Assembly: GCA_050575255.1 (NCBI GenBank)
Contig: JBNZDD010013498.1
Location: forward strand, 528,319-592,318
Source: Harriotta raleighana
Taxonomy: Eukaryota
Direction of reading: 5' to 3'
DNA length: 64,000 bases
The translations under genes and the position numbers were made by a program. This document shows, in pieces, positions 46,931 to 58,282 of this stretch; position 1 is the stretch's first letter, and each line of letters starts with the position of its first letter. A model generated the notes under the pieces. It did no database searches, was not told the DNA's origin, and saw only the letters and a list, made by a program, of their open reading frames with translations.

Positions 46931-47429
46931 AGATTAATGCATTGAACATACATAAAGGGACTGTAACAAATACTATATTGCTGGAAAAAGCAATCTGCTA
47001 TACTATTTTGATATATTGTGTGAGCTGGTGGTTGCTAGATGCCGGTCACAGACACGCATTCACAAAGGTGGGTCTAATTTGTCACATTTGTAAATTGGTT
47101 TCACTGCGTGAATTGTAACATCCGGTTTGTAAAAATCAGAGAAATTTCAGACCTGTGGATTTTCAATCCCAAGTTGGCAAAGTCTGGATAAAGGCTCACA
47201 AGCAAAACAGCTGTACAATGTTGTGGAAGAGGAAGGGCTTTTTACACTGCAGAAATGAAGATATTATTGAACCCCACAAGACCTTAGGGGTGCAGATCAA
47301 CTGAAGGTAAGTAATATGCTTGACATAAACCAGCACAGAAACATTGGGCTAAATTGCCTTCTTCTGTGCTAACTTCTAAACTACCATCTCCACAAAGAGA
47401 ACACAGACTTTCACAAGTTTGCAATTAGC

Positions 47430-47680
47430 TCACGGCAAGTTCACAATCGATAAGGGAAGAAGAGAGAGTATAGATTTTAGTTACGTTATAAAGAGGGTGA
47501 TGAAAATATGAACACATTGTGTTCAAGGAGTCAGTGGAGGTCGAGAGCATTGGAAAGCTCCAGAAAGAGATAGATTAGAATTCTGTCAAAAGGGTACAGG
47601 AGATCATTTATTGGGGGTAATTCTATCTTGGGACTGGCCTAAGAGAGTAAAACATTCTTTTCTGGTTCTGTACGTTCTTT
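47430..47680 (+). mobile_element. Old CR1 3' end
   Basis: Degenerate agagggtgatgaaaatatgaa...gtggaggtcgagagcattggaaagctccagaaagagataga (RV..IWN..VVEA..I..F.KE.D-like). Confidence 0.5.
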
Positions 47681-48341
47681 TATTTGAACTGTTTCAAAGC
47701 CAAATTTAGTACTTTAACTTTTTGATAGCTTTTTCTGGCTATGATTTGATCTCCCTCATCCAACTAAAGAAGATGGGTATTCAAGTGCCAAGCAGCTGAA
47801 TCACTTGATCTTCTAAACTGCCAGATTTTGAATAAACCATTCTATTATATTCACCCGAAAGCCGAATAGTTGAACAATACACAAATGGCTGAAAAATCAT
47901 GATAAAAATTAGATTAGAGATTAAATTAATGACCTCAGAAAATATTCAGCCCTATTATGGAGCTAGTCAGACACATCTTAGGGCTGTCGCAGATATTATA
48001 TTGGAGCTGATCGTTTTACTCCTTCTATGGTTTAACAATTGAATATGTAAGTAAGTGATACAATAGATTCTGACATGTGGCTGCTGTCTTTCCTCTTCAC
48101 TGTAAGCCTGGTCAAATACATTTTGATGCATGACTGTTGCCTCACTTCTCATTGCTAGTGAATTGATTTTATTGTACCTGAGGTACATATTTGAGATCTT
48201 TGGACATTAGGTTCACATGGTTTAGTAATGTAAATATGTGTTCACATAACCTAGAAAATCAGTCAGGGCTACAGTGCTTGATGTTCACACAGTTAGCCAG
48301 TTATAATAATTCCAATACATTATCTATCTCGCTGTTGTCAG

Positions 48342-48600
48342 TGTCGTGTGGGAATCTAGTTCAGCTTTGTAGCTACATNAGTCGTGTGGGACACTAGTTC
48401 AGCTTTGTAGCTACATTGGGGTATCGTGGAGTAGAGTGAATGCATTAAAAGTGAACATGGCCTGAAAAACATCACATGTGATGTGATAANTGTCGTGTGG
48501 GAATCTAGTTCAGCTTTGTAGCTACATTAGGGTATCGTGGAGTAGAGTGGATGCATTAAAAGTGAACATGGCCTGAAAAACATCACATGTGATGTGATAA
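48342..48600. repeat. Triplicated segment around single Ns (48379, 48490); probable assembly artefact
   Basis: gtcgtgtggga..ctagttcagctttgtagctacat occurs three times; 48380-48489 is nearly identical to 48491-48600. Confidence 0.85.
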
Positions 48601-48913
48601 TTGTCACCGAATTTTAAATTTAAGACGATAGCCCGTGAAGCGTCACCCAGCTGCCATAATCTGCAACACCAACTGTGATGGTTTGAAATCTTCATTACAT
48701 TGGGAGGATGCTTCAAAATGCTTCACAGGATATGCTATAAAGTGTAGAAACTGTGTATTTTGCACTTCATCTTGAAGATTTTTCTGTGACTAAGTGACTT
48801 GCATAAAGTCCACAATAAGGTTAAGAGTAGATTGTCTGTAGATGCAATAAGCCTGCTGCATTGAATTGCCTTTCCTCATATCATACTCTATGATGGTCGC
48901 ATGAACTAAAGGG

Positions 48914-49385
48914 TTTAGGAATACAGGAAGAAGAGTAGGCCATTCAGCCCCTCAAGCCTATTCCACCATTCTATTAGATCATGCAGCTTAACATCACTCA
49001 AGTCAATTTACCTGCCTTTTCTCCATAACATACAATATCTATCGAATATATATCTATCTAACAAATATCTATCGACCTCAAAGTTAAAAATTGCAGCCTC
49101 CACAGCATTTTGAGGGAGAGAATTCCAGATTTCTACTCCCCTTTGTGTGAAAAATGCTTCCTGGCTATACTCCTAACTGCCCTAGCTCTTATTTTAAGAT
49201 TACGTCTTGTTTTGGATTCCCCAACCAGAACAAAATCATTTCTCTGTATCTATCCTTTTGAGTCTCTTTATCATTTTAAACACCTCGATTAGGTCACCCT
49301 CAACCTTCTGAACTCTAGGGAAAACAATTCAAGTTAATGCAAACTAGCTTTGTATGTTAACCCCTTCATCCCCAATATCATTTCA
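48914..49385 (-). mobile_element. CR1 3' end (older subfamily)
   Basis: gagtaggccattcagcccctc UTR; reverse of HFSHKG.VEIWNSLPQ and RRLRV..IEVFKMI motifs. Confidence 0.85.
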
Positions 49386-50342
49386 TTCTAGTATCTGTGG
49401 TTTCCATACTGTTGAGAACATGATTCTCAAACTCATGCTGTGTTCAAAACCTATACTTGTTATTCAAACAGTAATAGAATTAAACAGTGATTTGCACTCC
49501 TCCCACTATACCAAAACACTGCTAGACAAAACAGTAATGGAAGAGAGTTAAATCATTAAGCCAAAATTTATTTTGTTATGCAGTAATGAATGTATGTATT
49601 ATGAAATGGAACTTAAACTAGGCCTATTATTATCAGTGAAGATCTATGGTACGCCAACTTGATAGTGTAAAATAAACTAAAGTTCATTACTACTGCTCAA
49701 TTAAAACTTTTTTTTTAAAAAAGCATGCAATATTCAATCTGAAGCTTGGACCTTTCTAATATTAAACAACATCGGTTTCAGTTACAGACTATTTTCAAAT
49801 GCATTCCTGTAGCTGAAAGCAGTGAAGCTTAACATTAATTATATAGTAAATATAATTTTATATAGTAAATTTATTTTGATCGATCCATGTAAGTAAATGT
49901 TCTTTGAAATACTGAAACTTTTGTAACTCTTTCATTTTACTTTTGTTAGGAAGTCTAAAATGCCAAACTTGCCAAAGAATTAACTACCAGCAGATTAATA
50001 AAATCCTGTTCCAACAGCTAAAAGGTGCTTTCAAGACTCTGTGGAATGAGCCAGATTATGGAAAGCTTTGACATTAGAAATGTTTGGCCCATTCCTTTCT
50101 AAAGTGCTTTGAACGCTATAATGATAAAAATCCTTGCATTTGCAATTCTGTTAACATTTCAATTTCATAGTCAAGCGGACCGAACTGTGATTCTGCATTG
50201 AGGTTCAGCAATAGGCGTCCTTCAGCTAGAGAAGAATAAATAAATAAAGTTTCACACTCCCAATTGCTATCCAAATCCGCCTCTCCTGGCGCAGTAGGTA
50301 AGAGCCAAGTTGTTAGTCAATTGGCAGATCATTTTTTCGGTG

Positions 50343-50529
50343 GTAATAACCCCTCAAGAAAAATAATTATAATTTGGTCTTTCAATCCATGACTGTTTGC
50401 GTGCAATTGGTTGCCGCGTTTCACCCATAAAATGTACAGTCAATTCACTTTACAGTATATTCTTTGAATTTCTTTGAGACATTTCAAAGACAAGATGAGG
50501 CACTATGACAAATGCAAGGATTATTATTA
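50343..50529 (+). mobile_element. SINE family A body and tail
   Basis: ttcaatccatgactgtttg..gcaattggttgccgcgtttcaccca...caaatgcaaggattattatta. Confidence 0.8.
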
Positions 50530-50931
50530 GTGCTGCTAGAAAGTGACTGTGTCTGGATGTTGGGCATGGGGTGAGAGTGTTGACAAATATGAATGTTGAT
50601 TCACTGAACAAGATCGTCGTGCTCAATCATCACACTACTTAAATCTTCAGACAGTTACAGTAGCAGCCTCCATCCAAGTGGATGTTTCTGATCTCATCAC
50701 ACAATTAGAAATTTAATCTGTCCGAGAGGCATTTAAAAATAATTTCCTGTAGATGACAGCAACTATCATGTAAGTGTTTGTTTTTTCAAAGCATTTCCAA
50801 AAACACATCAGCTGTGTTAGGGTAATTCATGATGAGAACATAACCCTCCATGCCCGCAACAAACCACATCTACACTCTTGGCCAAACTTAGCTATTATTA
50901 TTGATACTGATGTCATCAGTCTGCGAGCCAG

Positions 50932-51058
50932 TGCATGATAGATTTCTATGTTTCCATGTATATGAAGGATGGAGTCTTGAANGACTTGATGAGCCAAATG
51001 CCACTTTCTGCATGATAGATTTCTATGTTTCCATGTATATGAAGGATGGAGTCTTGAA
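50932..51058. repeat. 50-bp duplicate next to a single N (50982); probable assembly artefact
   Basis: 50932-50981 equals 51009-51058. Confidence 0.8.
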
Positions 51059-53221
51059 CTGGATAGGACAACGCTGTGGGATTGACTGAACACCTTGCTC
51101 TGAGACTCTGCGATGGAACTGAATGGCCTCCTTTGGCACTTGTAAGATCACAAAGAATCGTCCCACTTGTTACCTCCATTAAATGGCAGAAGCTTTCATG
51201 GAGATGAAACATTTCCAGTGTATTGAAAAGTTACACTGAACTAATGCCACTCTTTGAATACCAACTGAAAATCTCAGTAACTTTCTTTCAGAACATTTGT
51301 ATTTATCATAACTGATACTGATGGATTTGGTAGCATAAAGGTATTTTCTCCCTTGTTTTTGCCAGTATAAGACCTTAAAAGGTAATGTGATGATAATAAT
51401 ATAATAATAACAACATAATAAATGGCAATCTTAAATGTTGTCATAAATCAATCATTTCACTGGCTCTCACTGAGGTGTCTTGAACTTTATTTTGTAATGA
51501 TAGCAAGAACGTTCTGCGCTCCATGGATATATCATATGGTCCTAAAACCTTTCACGTCATTCTGGTTAATTGTTTAACTCTGAATCTGGTAGCTAGTAGT
51601 TAAACAACTTCTCTGTGTGCTTCCCCGTGCTTTTGGCAAGAAAGCTGCAATTCCCTGACTGAAAGAGACTCATCAAAAATTCACAAGGGCCAATATTCTG
51701 TGAAGATGTGCAATCGCAATATAAATATTTTAGAATGTTGGGGAAAGGCAAGCACACTTAGCATCGGAGCCAGTGGAAATGCTGGTCAAACTATATTGAA
51801 TCTTTCCACACAATCAGGAAAATTAACATTGCTTCTTACGCTTTAATGCAACAAATATACTGCGACATACTGCCAGGGATTGTTTTAGTGGATCTGGACC
51901 AATTGAAGAGGAAGCGTACTTTGGCTGAATATAGCTGTTAGTTCTTCTCTTATTATAATAACCCTGATAGACTCCTGATTTCTGTAGCAGTTACAGCTGT
52001 CTGTATGTGGGTAAATTGGCCCAGCGCTGTTTTTAGTTACTCATTCAAATATTCATAGGGAACCAAGGCTGCAGTTTTGTCTCTGGTAACAACTTCATTT
52101 TCTGCTCCTATTGAGTTTACCCTTGTGGACTCTTTGCTCCTGTACCAATTGGTTGCGATACGGTCATGTGTGACATTCCGAGTTAATGGAGCCTCCATGG
52201 GACTAGCATGTTCCACCTTTTATCTCTGCCTGGCTGGATATTGAAAATAATGACAGAAGACAGTTATGGATCATCAAAAAGGCCAAGGCAATGATCAAAC
52301 TCATATCACATCATACACACATGCCTGTGCTGCCAGAGCAAGAGCTTAAATATTTTAAGCCATGGGGCCATCTCACATCTCGAGAGTCTCTAGCTGGTCA
52401 CGTTTTCGTGCAAATATTTACTTAAACAATATTGTATTTTAACACTGTAATGAATCTAGGTGTAATTTCATGTAATATGTCTTCTCCAAGTCCAATCAAC
52501 TGTGACATCTCGCTGCACGGGTTGTGGGGTGGGGGAATTGCTTGTGAAGCGTTTCCATGATGTTTTATTAAGAGTTCAGTAAAAAAAAACTGTCACTCAC
52601 TGAACAAACACAAATGTCTGTTGTGGCTAGAGTGAACTGCGACATGAAAATACAATTGCTATCATGCTGCTGCTGATATGAGTATATGCATTCATCTTCC
52701 AAACCAAGGCACTATAATAACCTAGCAGGCTGTATACTGTAGAGCTAAGTACTGTATTTGAATTCCCTGAGCTCGATGACTCAATTTTCAATTGGATTCT
52801 GCTGAATAGCAGGGTCCTTCACAGTCTGCTGTGGATAAACATGGCAGATGGGCCTTATTCCTTACTCACATTTTGCCAATTTAACGGTTCGAGATGATGA
52901 GAAAATGTGGGGGCAGGAGAAGAAGTGTTGAAGGAGATGTGATGATGGAAAATGCACCACAGGACAATTCTGTGTTTGAAATTTAGCGTTTCACACATAG
53001 CGTAAGAGTTTGGACATGTAGTTATCATACAATGAATATGTCCCAGTGCTTGTGACACCCTCCTGATATGAAAGTAGCTGTAGAGGATATGAATATAAAG
53101 TTCCAGTAATTTGATTATATTTGTTAACGTATTTGTTGTATTTTTAAAGTTTTTTTCCTCCTGTCCCCTATCAACTCAAGGTCCTGACATCTGGACTTTG
53201 AATACATAGAAGGCAGGAGGA

Positions 53222-53358
53222 AATAATAATACAATAATAAGAATAATCCTTGCATTTTGATACAGTACTTTTCATGTCTTCTAGTCTCAAAGCGCTTCAC
53301 AGAATATACTGTAAAGTGAATTGACCGTATATTTGTGGGCGAAACACAGCAGCCAATT
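53222..53358 (-). mobile_element. SINE family A 3' part
   Basis: aataatccttgcatttt...aagcgcttcacagaatatactgtaaagtgaattgacc. Confidence 0.85.
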
Positions 53359-53384
53359 TAATGTTTAAATTTAAATGCAACGTT

Positions 53385-53675
53385 TGCGGAGACAAAGTGA
53401 TGGCTGTTGATTAAGAAGAACTCGAACCAGGTGCGACAGAGTGCAGTCCCACTGAGGTGGATGAGGGAGGAGTGGGGGAGGATGGAATGATGAGCGAATG
53501 TACCAGAGAAGTCCAGGAAGACAGAGAGGGAGTCACGGTCACACAGAGAGCGAGGATGTCACTTTATGACTTTGACGAATGCTGTTTCCATGCTGTGGGG
53601 AGGGAGAGTAGGGAGTGAAGTTGATTTGCGACAATATGTTGCAGAATTTTGGCAAGGAAAGGGAAGTTAGAAAGG
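53385..53675 (-). mobile_element. L2 reverse-transcriptase fragment (frameshifted)
   Basis: Minus translation SNFPFLAKILQHIVANQL...PHSMETAFVKVI matches L2 RT SNLPFLSKVLE...HSTETALxKV. Confidence 0.8.
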
Positions 53676-55203
53676 CAATTGCACCTCATAAAACCAATAC
53701 TATAGGTCGTGCAATTGCATCAGTGAGGGGACGAACATGAGCATATGTTTCAAGATGAGCTCATTCTAAGGCAAGTTTGCAGTTTGTGGGCTGTGCAACC
53801 ATTATGAATTGTGCTAACCATTCAGCATATGGACAGGATCAGCATAATTTAAGATCACCAATTCGCAGGAACAGTTTAATCATAGCATTAAATCAAGTGA
53901 ACTAACTTACGGGTGTCAGTTTGAAATATATGCATTCAATTTTATTGTAGGTTTATTCAAAATACATTGCTCCATCCATCTAAATATGCCTGATTTGAAT
54001 TCTGCCTCATTTAGCTTAATCCTATGCTTGTTAACAATTTGTATTTAAAACAGTCCTCATATGACAGTCTGGAGCCAGAGCTATAAACAACTAAACAGTT
54101 GTCACACTTCATCTTGGATAACGTTTCAGAGTGCTTCCCCAAGCTCAAATTCAGATGGATTTAAAAGATTTGCCTGAGTTATATTATATAAAGTAAGTTG
54201 CAAATGTTAACAATGGTCATAATATATCTTAATAGATTGTAATAAACCAAGGCATTTATACAGTAGTAAGAGCAGAATACATTGTACAAAAATAATTTTG
54301 GAGCAGCGCATAAACTTGATGTCTTCCTCCTTGCCTTAGTCCCAGAATTCACATCAATTCTAATTACTATCTACAACTAGGACAGTACAATTCGGAATAC
54401 TGAAATAGTCTGATCATCCACAGCAATAGTAATAAGCCTTAAGCAATGAGACGTTTCCTTTTATTGTGTGTAGGATGGATGGTGTGGGATGGAAGTAGCT
54501 TGCTCAAATCAAGGACATTATTTTTCTTCCCTGCCAAAGGCAAAATCTGAGCGCTCAATACGAAGACCAGGTCTGAGAACCAAAATGCGTATGATTAGAC
54601 GCTGTCATGTTCATTGGGGCCCTTTCCTCTCTGACATTCTGGAGTATGGAAACATAAAAGGAAAGAGAAAAGCTTGCAATAGGTTCCCGGCAAGAGAATT
54701 GAAAGGTTGCCAGGGGCTGGAGCCTTGGGTTTAGTTCCTAGATCACAAACGTCTGGCTTCCTGTTGTCTGTAGTGGCGGAAAAAATTGGTCCTAGACTGA
54801 CTCTATCTACTCTGACAGATCAAGTCTGCCATCTCTTGGTGCAGTACTCAGCAGAAATGGAGCTCGATTTCGGGAAAAGCAGAATACATTTGCTTCGTAA
54901 GGATTTGTGATTCAAAGCAAGTTAAATGAAATAAGCGAATATATACTGCAGTATTCTCATCCTCAAGACGACTACTAACATAATGCCTTTAAACTGCTAA
55001 AATGTTGCCTTTGCTGACAACTTACCAACCAAATGTTTATGTCATTCAGAAGTAAAAGGTCAAAGAGGATTCTGATTGCATTCAAATGCTGTTGCTTCTA
55101 GTGCACATTTCATGAAATTGTGTCATACTTTCGGACCAGTTGAGGCTTTTTAGTGGCTACAATTTCTTCTGTCCCTCATCTCTATCTTCACACCTTACAA
55201 AGG

Positions 55204-55360
55204 TGGAGTCCTGTAACTCAGTGGTTAGAGCACTCCCCTTACAATTGTGTTTGAATCCAGGCAGGTCAGGGCGAAACCTTGGGCAAGTTTCCTTACTCCA
55301 CACGCCTAAAAATAATCCCTAAAAAAAAACAAGAATAAAATTGGTCATTTTAATCCACGA
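55204..55360 (+). mobile_element. SINE family A, 5' half
   Basis: tggagtcctgtaactcagtggttagagcactc...gcgaaaccttgggcaagtttccttactcc; stops abruptly at an L2 fragment. Confidence 0.85.
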
Positions 55361-55560
55361 GGGGGCAAGGTGGAGGGACTGCGGGATGAAGTTCCAATGG
55401 TTGGGGGCAGAGTGGCTAAAGGCTCGTCCGCCAATCGTGGGGCAGATGGGTCGGGGGACATGGAGCAGGCTAGATATATCTATCTACATTCAGAGAGGGC
55501 AGAGAGGGCGGGCAGGGAGTTAGGAGGTCACAGATGTGGGTGGGGCGAGGCTGTGGAGGA
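55361..55560 (-). mobile_element. L2 ORF2 C-terminal fragment
   Basis: Minus translation PTIGGRAFSHSAPNHWNFIPQSL. Confidence 0.8.
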
Positions 55561-56280
55561 CAGATTATTTATTAGCGGAATGGAAGAGCAGCAGTAACAA
55601 AAAACAAATATAACTGTTGTGAAAGGTTTTTCCTGCCACTGTCTTCAAATTTTAAAGTGAGAGCTTCAAGCAAATTTGATCTTCTTCAAAAAACATTATC
55701 TTAGAAAATAAAGGAAAATAACTATAATTAAATTGGGAATGAAAACTGATCTAACTCTGAACAATATTATCACATCTAAACAAATGGCCGTGACTGAAAA
55801 TGCCAACAATGGAAGCAATGAACTGATATAGAACAGCATGGGAATGATGTGTAGGAGGACATGCGATGATGGAGTGAAAAACGTGTTCTTAATGGAACAA
55901 AAATGCTAGACCTCAAGCATCTAATTATAATATGTCCCCCCCAATGGTAACTTTTATCTTTCCAGGAATTCAAGACATTAAAATTTACAGTCTAATATCA
56001 GTGAGATGACTTTATCTGTGTTTCTATAATTATTTCAAGTTGATCATATTTCTTTTGGCAAGTTACTTTAATTTAATTGCTGTAATCTAATCGCCCAGAT
56101 TTCTGTTTCTCAATCAATCTGAGTTCAAATAAATCAATGTTTAGGTAATGTTGCTTAATGACCAAATGAAATTCTTTTGAAATTTTACAAGCAATCTATG
56201 AAATGGGATACTTTACATTTAACCTATTTATTCTTTTCACAGTATTGCTGGACAGAAACATTGTCAACAGTATCGCATAT

Positions 56281-56583
56281 TATAATGATAATCCTTGAAT
56301 TTGATATTGCACTTTTCATGTCTTCTAGTCATCTAAAAGTATTTTACAGAATATGCTGTAAAGCAAATTGACTCTATATTTGTGGGTGCAACGCAACAGC
56401 CAATTGCGCAAGGCAGTGTCCCACAAACAGTCGTGGAGTGAAATGACGAATTTATTACAGGTTTTTTGAAGGATTATTATTAAGAGTGTGGAGTAAGAAA
56501 ACTTGCCCAAGGTTTTGCCCTGCCTGGATTCGAACACAGGTCGCACGCTTGTAAGGCTCTAAGCATTGAGCTGCAGGACTCCA
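56281..56583 (-). mobile_element. Full-length SINE family A
   Basis: Head tggagtcctgcagctcaatg...ccttacaagcgtgcgacctgtgttcgaatccagg through to the tail. Confidence 0.9.
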
Positions 56584-56595
56584 CAATAAAAAATA

Positions 56596-57118
56596 CAGGT
56601 AGATCGTGGTTAACGTTGATTCGGTCAACGTTGTTTGGTTATTACTGGGGAACATAGGGGAACATATATCCTGATACATAGGGGAACATATATCCATTTA
56701 ACGTCATGATGTTCACTATTACATCGCGAGCTAGAGGGTGGAAATGAATTACTTTGGGTAGCATAGGCACATATAGATGCTGAACGTCCAGTATTCTTAT
56801 GCAGCGTCCATTCTGATCCTACCCTTTCATCCCAATAACTCCACCACTCACCCACCCACCCCAACCCATCTCTATAAGCAAGCTCTACAACCATCTCAGG
56901 TGAGTGTTATGTTATTTAAATTCATATATTTTCATATTTTACCTTTATGAATGTACATGTAGTTCAACATATCATTTTTTTTGACGAAAAATGTTCAAAA
57001 GAACCTAACTCCAGTTTATACATTAATTCTTATGGGAAAAATGTGTTCGCTTAACATCGTTTCACTTAAAATCTCACTTTTCAAGAACACAACTATGGCG
57101 TCAAGCGAGGACTAATTG
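56596..57118. mobile_element. Non-autonomous TcMar-Tigger DNA transposon, MER6-like ends
   Basis: TA at 56594-56595 and 57119-57120; imperfect TIRs CAGGTAGATCGTGGTTAACG and (reverse) CAATTAGTCCTCGCTTGACG; subterminal tcgtttcacttaaa..ttcaagaac resembles the MER6 end as I recall it. Confidence 0.75.
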
Positions 57119-57538
57119 TATTGTAATTTACTGCCACCTAGCTTACAAATCCAAAATAGCACTTTACAACCCAATACAGCAAATCCCAAATAAGATGAAT
57201 TTAGCTGAAAATAACACAGATATACGAGTAATAAATAGTGACATATTGAATGCAGAATATCTTCTAGAAATACGAAATTGCTTAAGCAAATCACTATCAC
57301 AAGTATCACAGATATTTTTTGAAACTAATTGTATCATTATAGTCCGTGCAGAAATTTAAAAAAACTTTTGTGAAGCACTCTGAGATGTTAGTCTAAATGA
57401 ACGCATATGAATGGACTACTAACACTATATAAATGCAAGGAATTATTGTCCGGCCATACTCTTATCGAGCTTGTTTCAAGGTTGTTAGCACTTTATAGTT
57501 TTGCAAACTTTCTCTCAGAATAGTCTATGTGCATTTCA

Positions 57539-57551
57539 CCACTAGGTGGCA
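57539..57551 (+). promoter_or_regulatory. Candidate CTCF site
   Basis: CCACTAGGTGGCA fits the core CCASYAGRKGGCR exactly. Confidence 0.5.
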
Positions 57552-58189
57552 TTTAGCTGCAAATCTTTGACAGATGTACTGTATGTGTTTTTAAATGGTT
57601 TCTGTAAACTTGAACTGGACTAATTCTGAAAGCCTCAATTAGGATAAGAAAGCCCTATGGGGTACTACTCCACGTGAATGCTATATAAATGCAAGTTGTT
57701 GTTGTTTATTATAAGCAATATTTAGAGTAGTGAAGAGATGGAATAGAACATTGTACAAGAATGGAGGATTGGATTGAGTAGAGAAGATTTGGAGATAAGA
57801 GAATACTGTATATTCTTTGAGTGCTTGCTTCATTTCCCTTTGGCTCAGCGAGTTTCCATATTGAACAATCTTTGGGAGATCAGTAGATTGAAGGAAATCC
57901 ATCATAGAGTAGGTTTTTCATAATCTGTGGTGATAATATTTTTGTTGAGGCACATTATGTTAACTAAGACTGTGATGCATGTTCTTCAGCAGTGATTTCC
58001 TTTGACATGATGTTCCTAATATATAAACCCCCTAATCCATGAGCACTTTAAATCATTGAAACAACCCTAAAAGAAGATAAACAAAGAGGCAGAGAATTGG
58101 GGAAACAACATGTTGCCTATCAACAGACATTGGGATATTAAATAACCTTGTGCATGCTCTGTATTCCAGCTAAAGTCGGTTTAGATTCT

Positions 58190-58282
58190 ACACTCTAACC
58201 TTTGAAACTCCCCCTATCTAGGACCTCTCCCCATCCCATACGAGTCTTTAAGTCTCACTTAAAAAACAATCTCTTCAACCAT
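58190..58282 (+). mobile_element. L2 ORF2 C-terminal relic
   Basis: ctctaacctttgaaactccc...tcttttaagtctcacttaaaaaacaatctcttcaacc (NL*NS...SFKSHLK..LFN). Confidence 0.5.

Noticed and set aside
48342-48600. Three ~36-bp direct repeats resembling a CRISPR array
   Set aside because: The intervening sequences are duplicates of each other, copies are separated by Ns, the context is vertebrate and there are no cas genes
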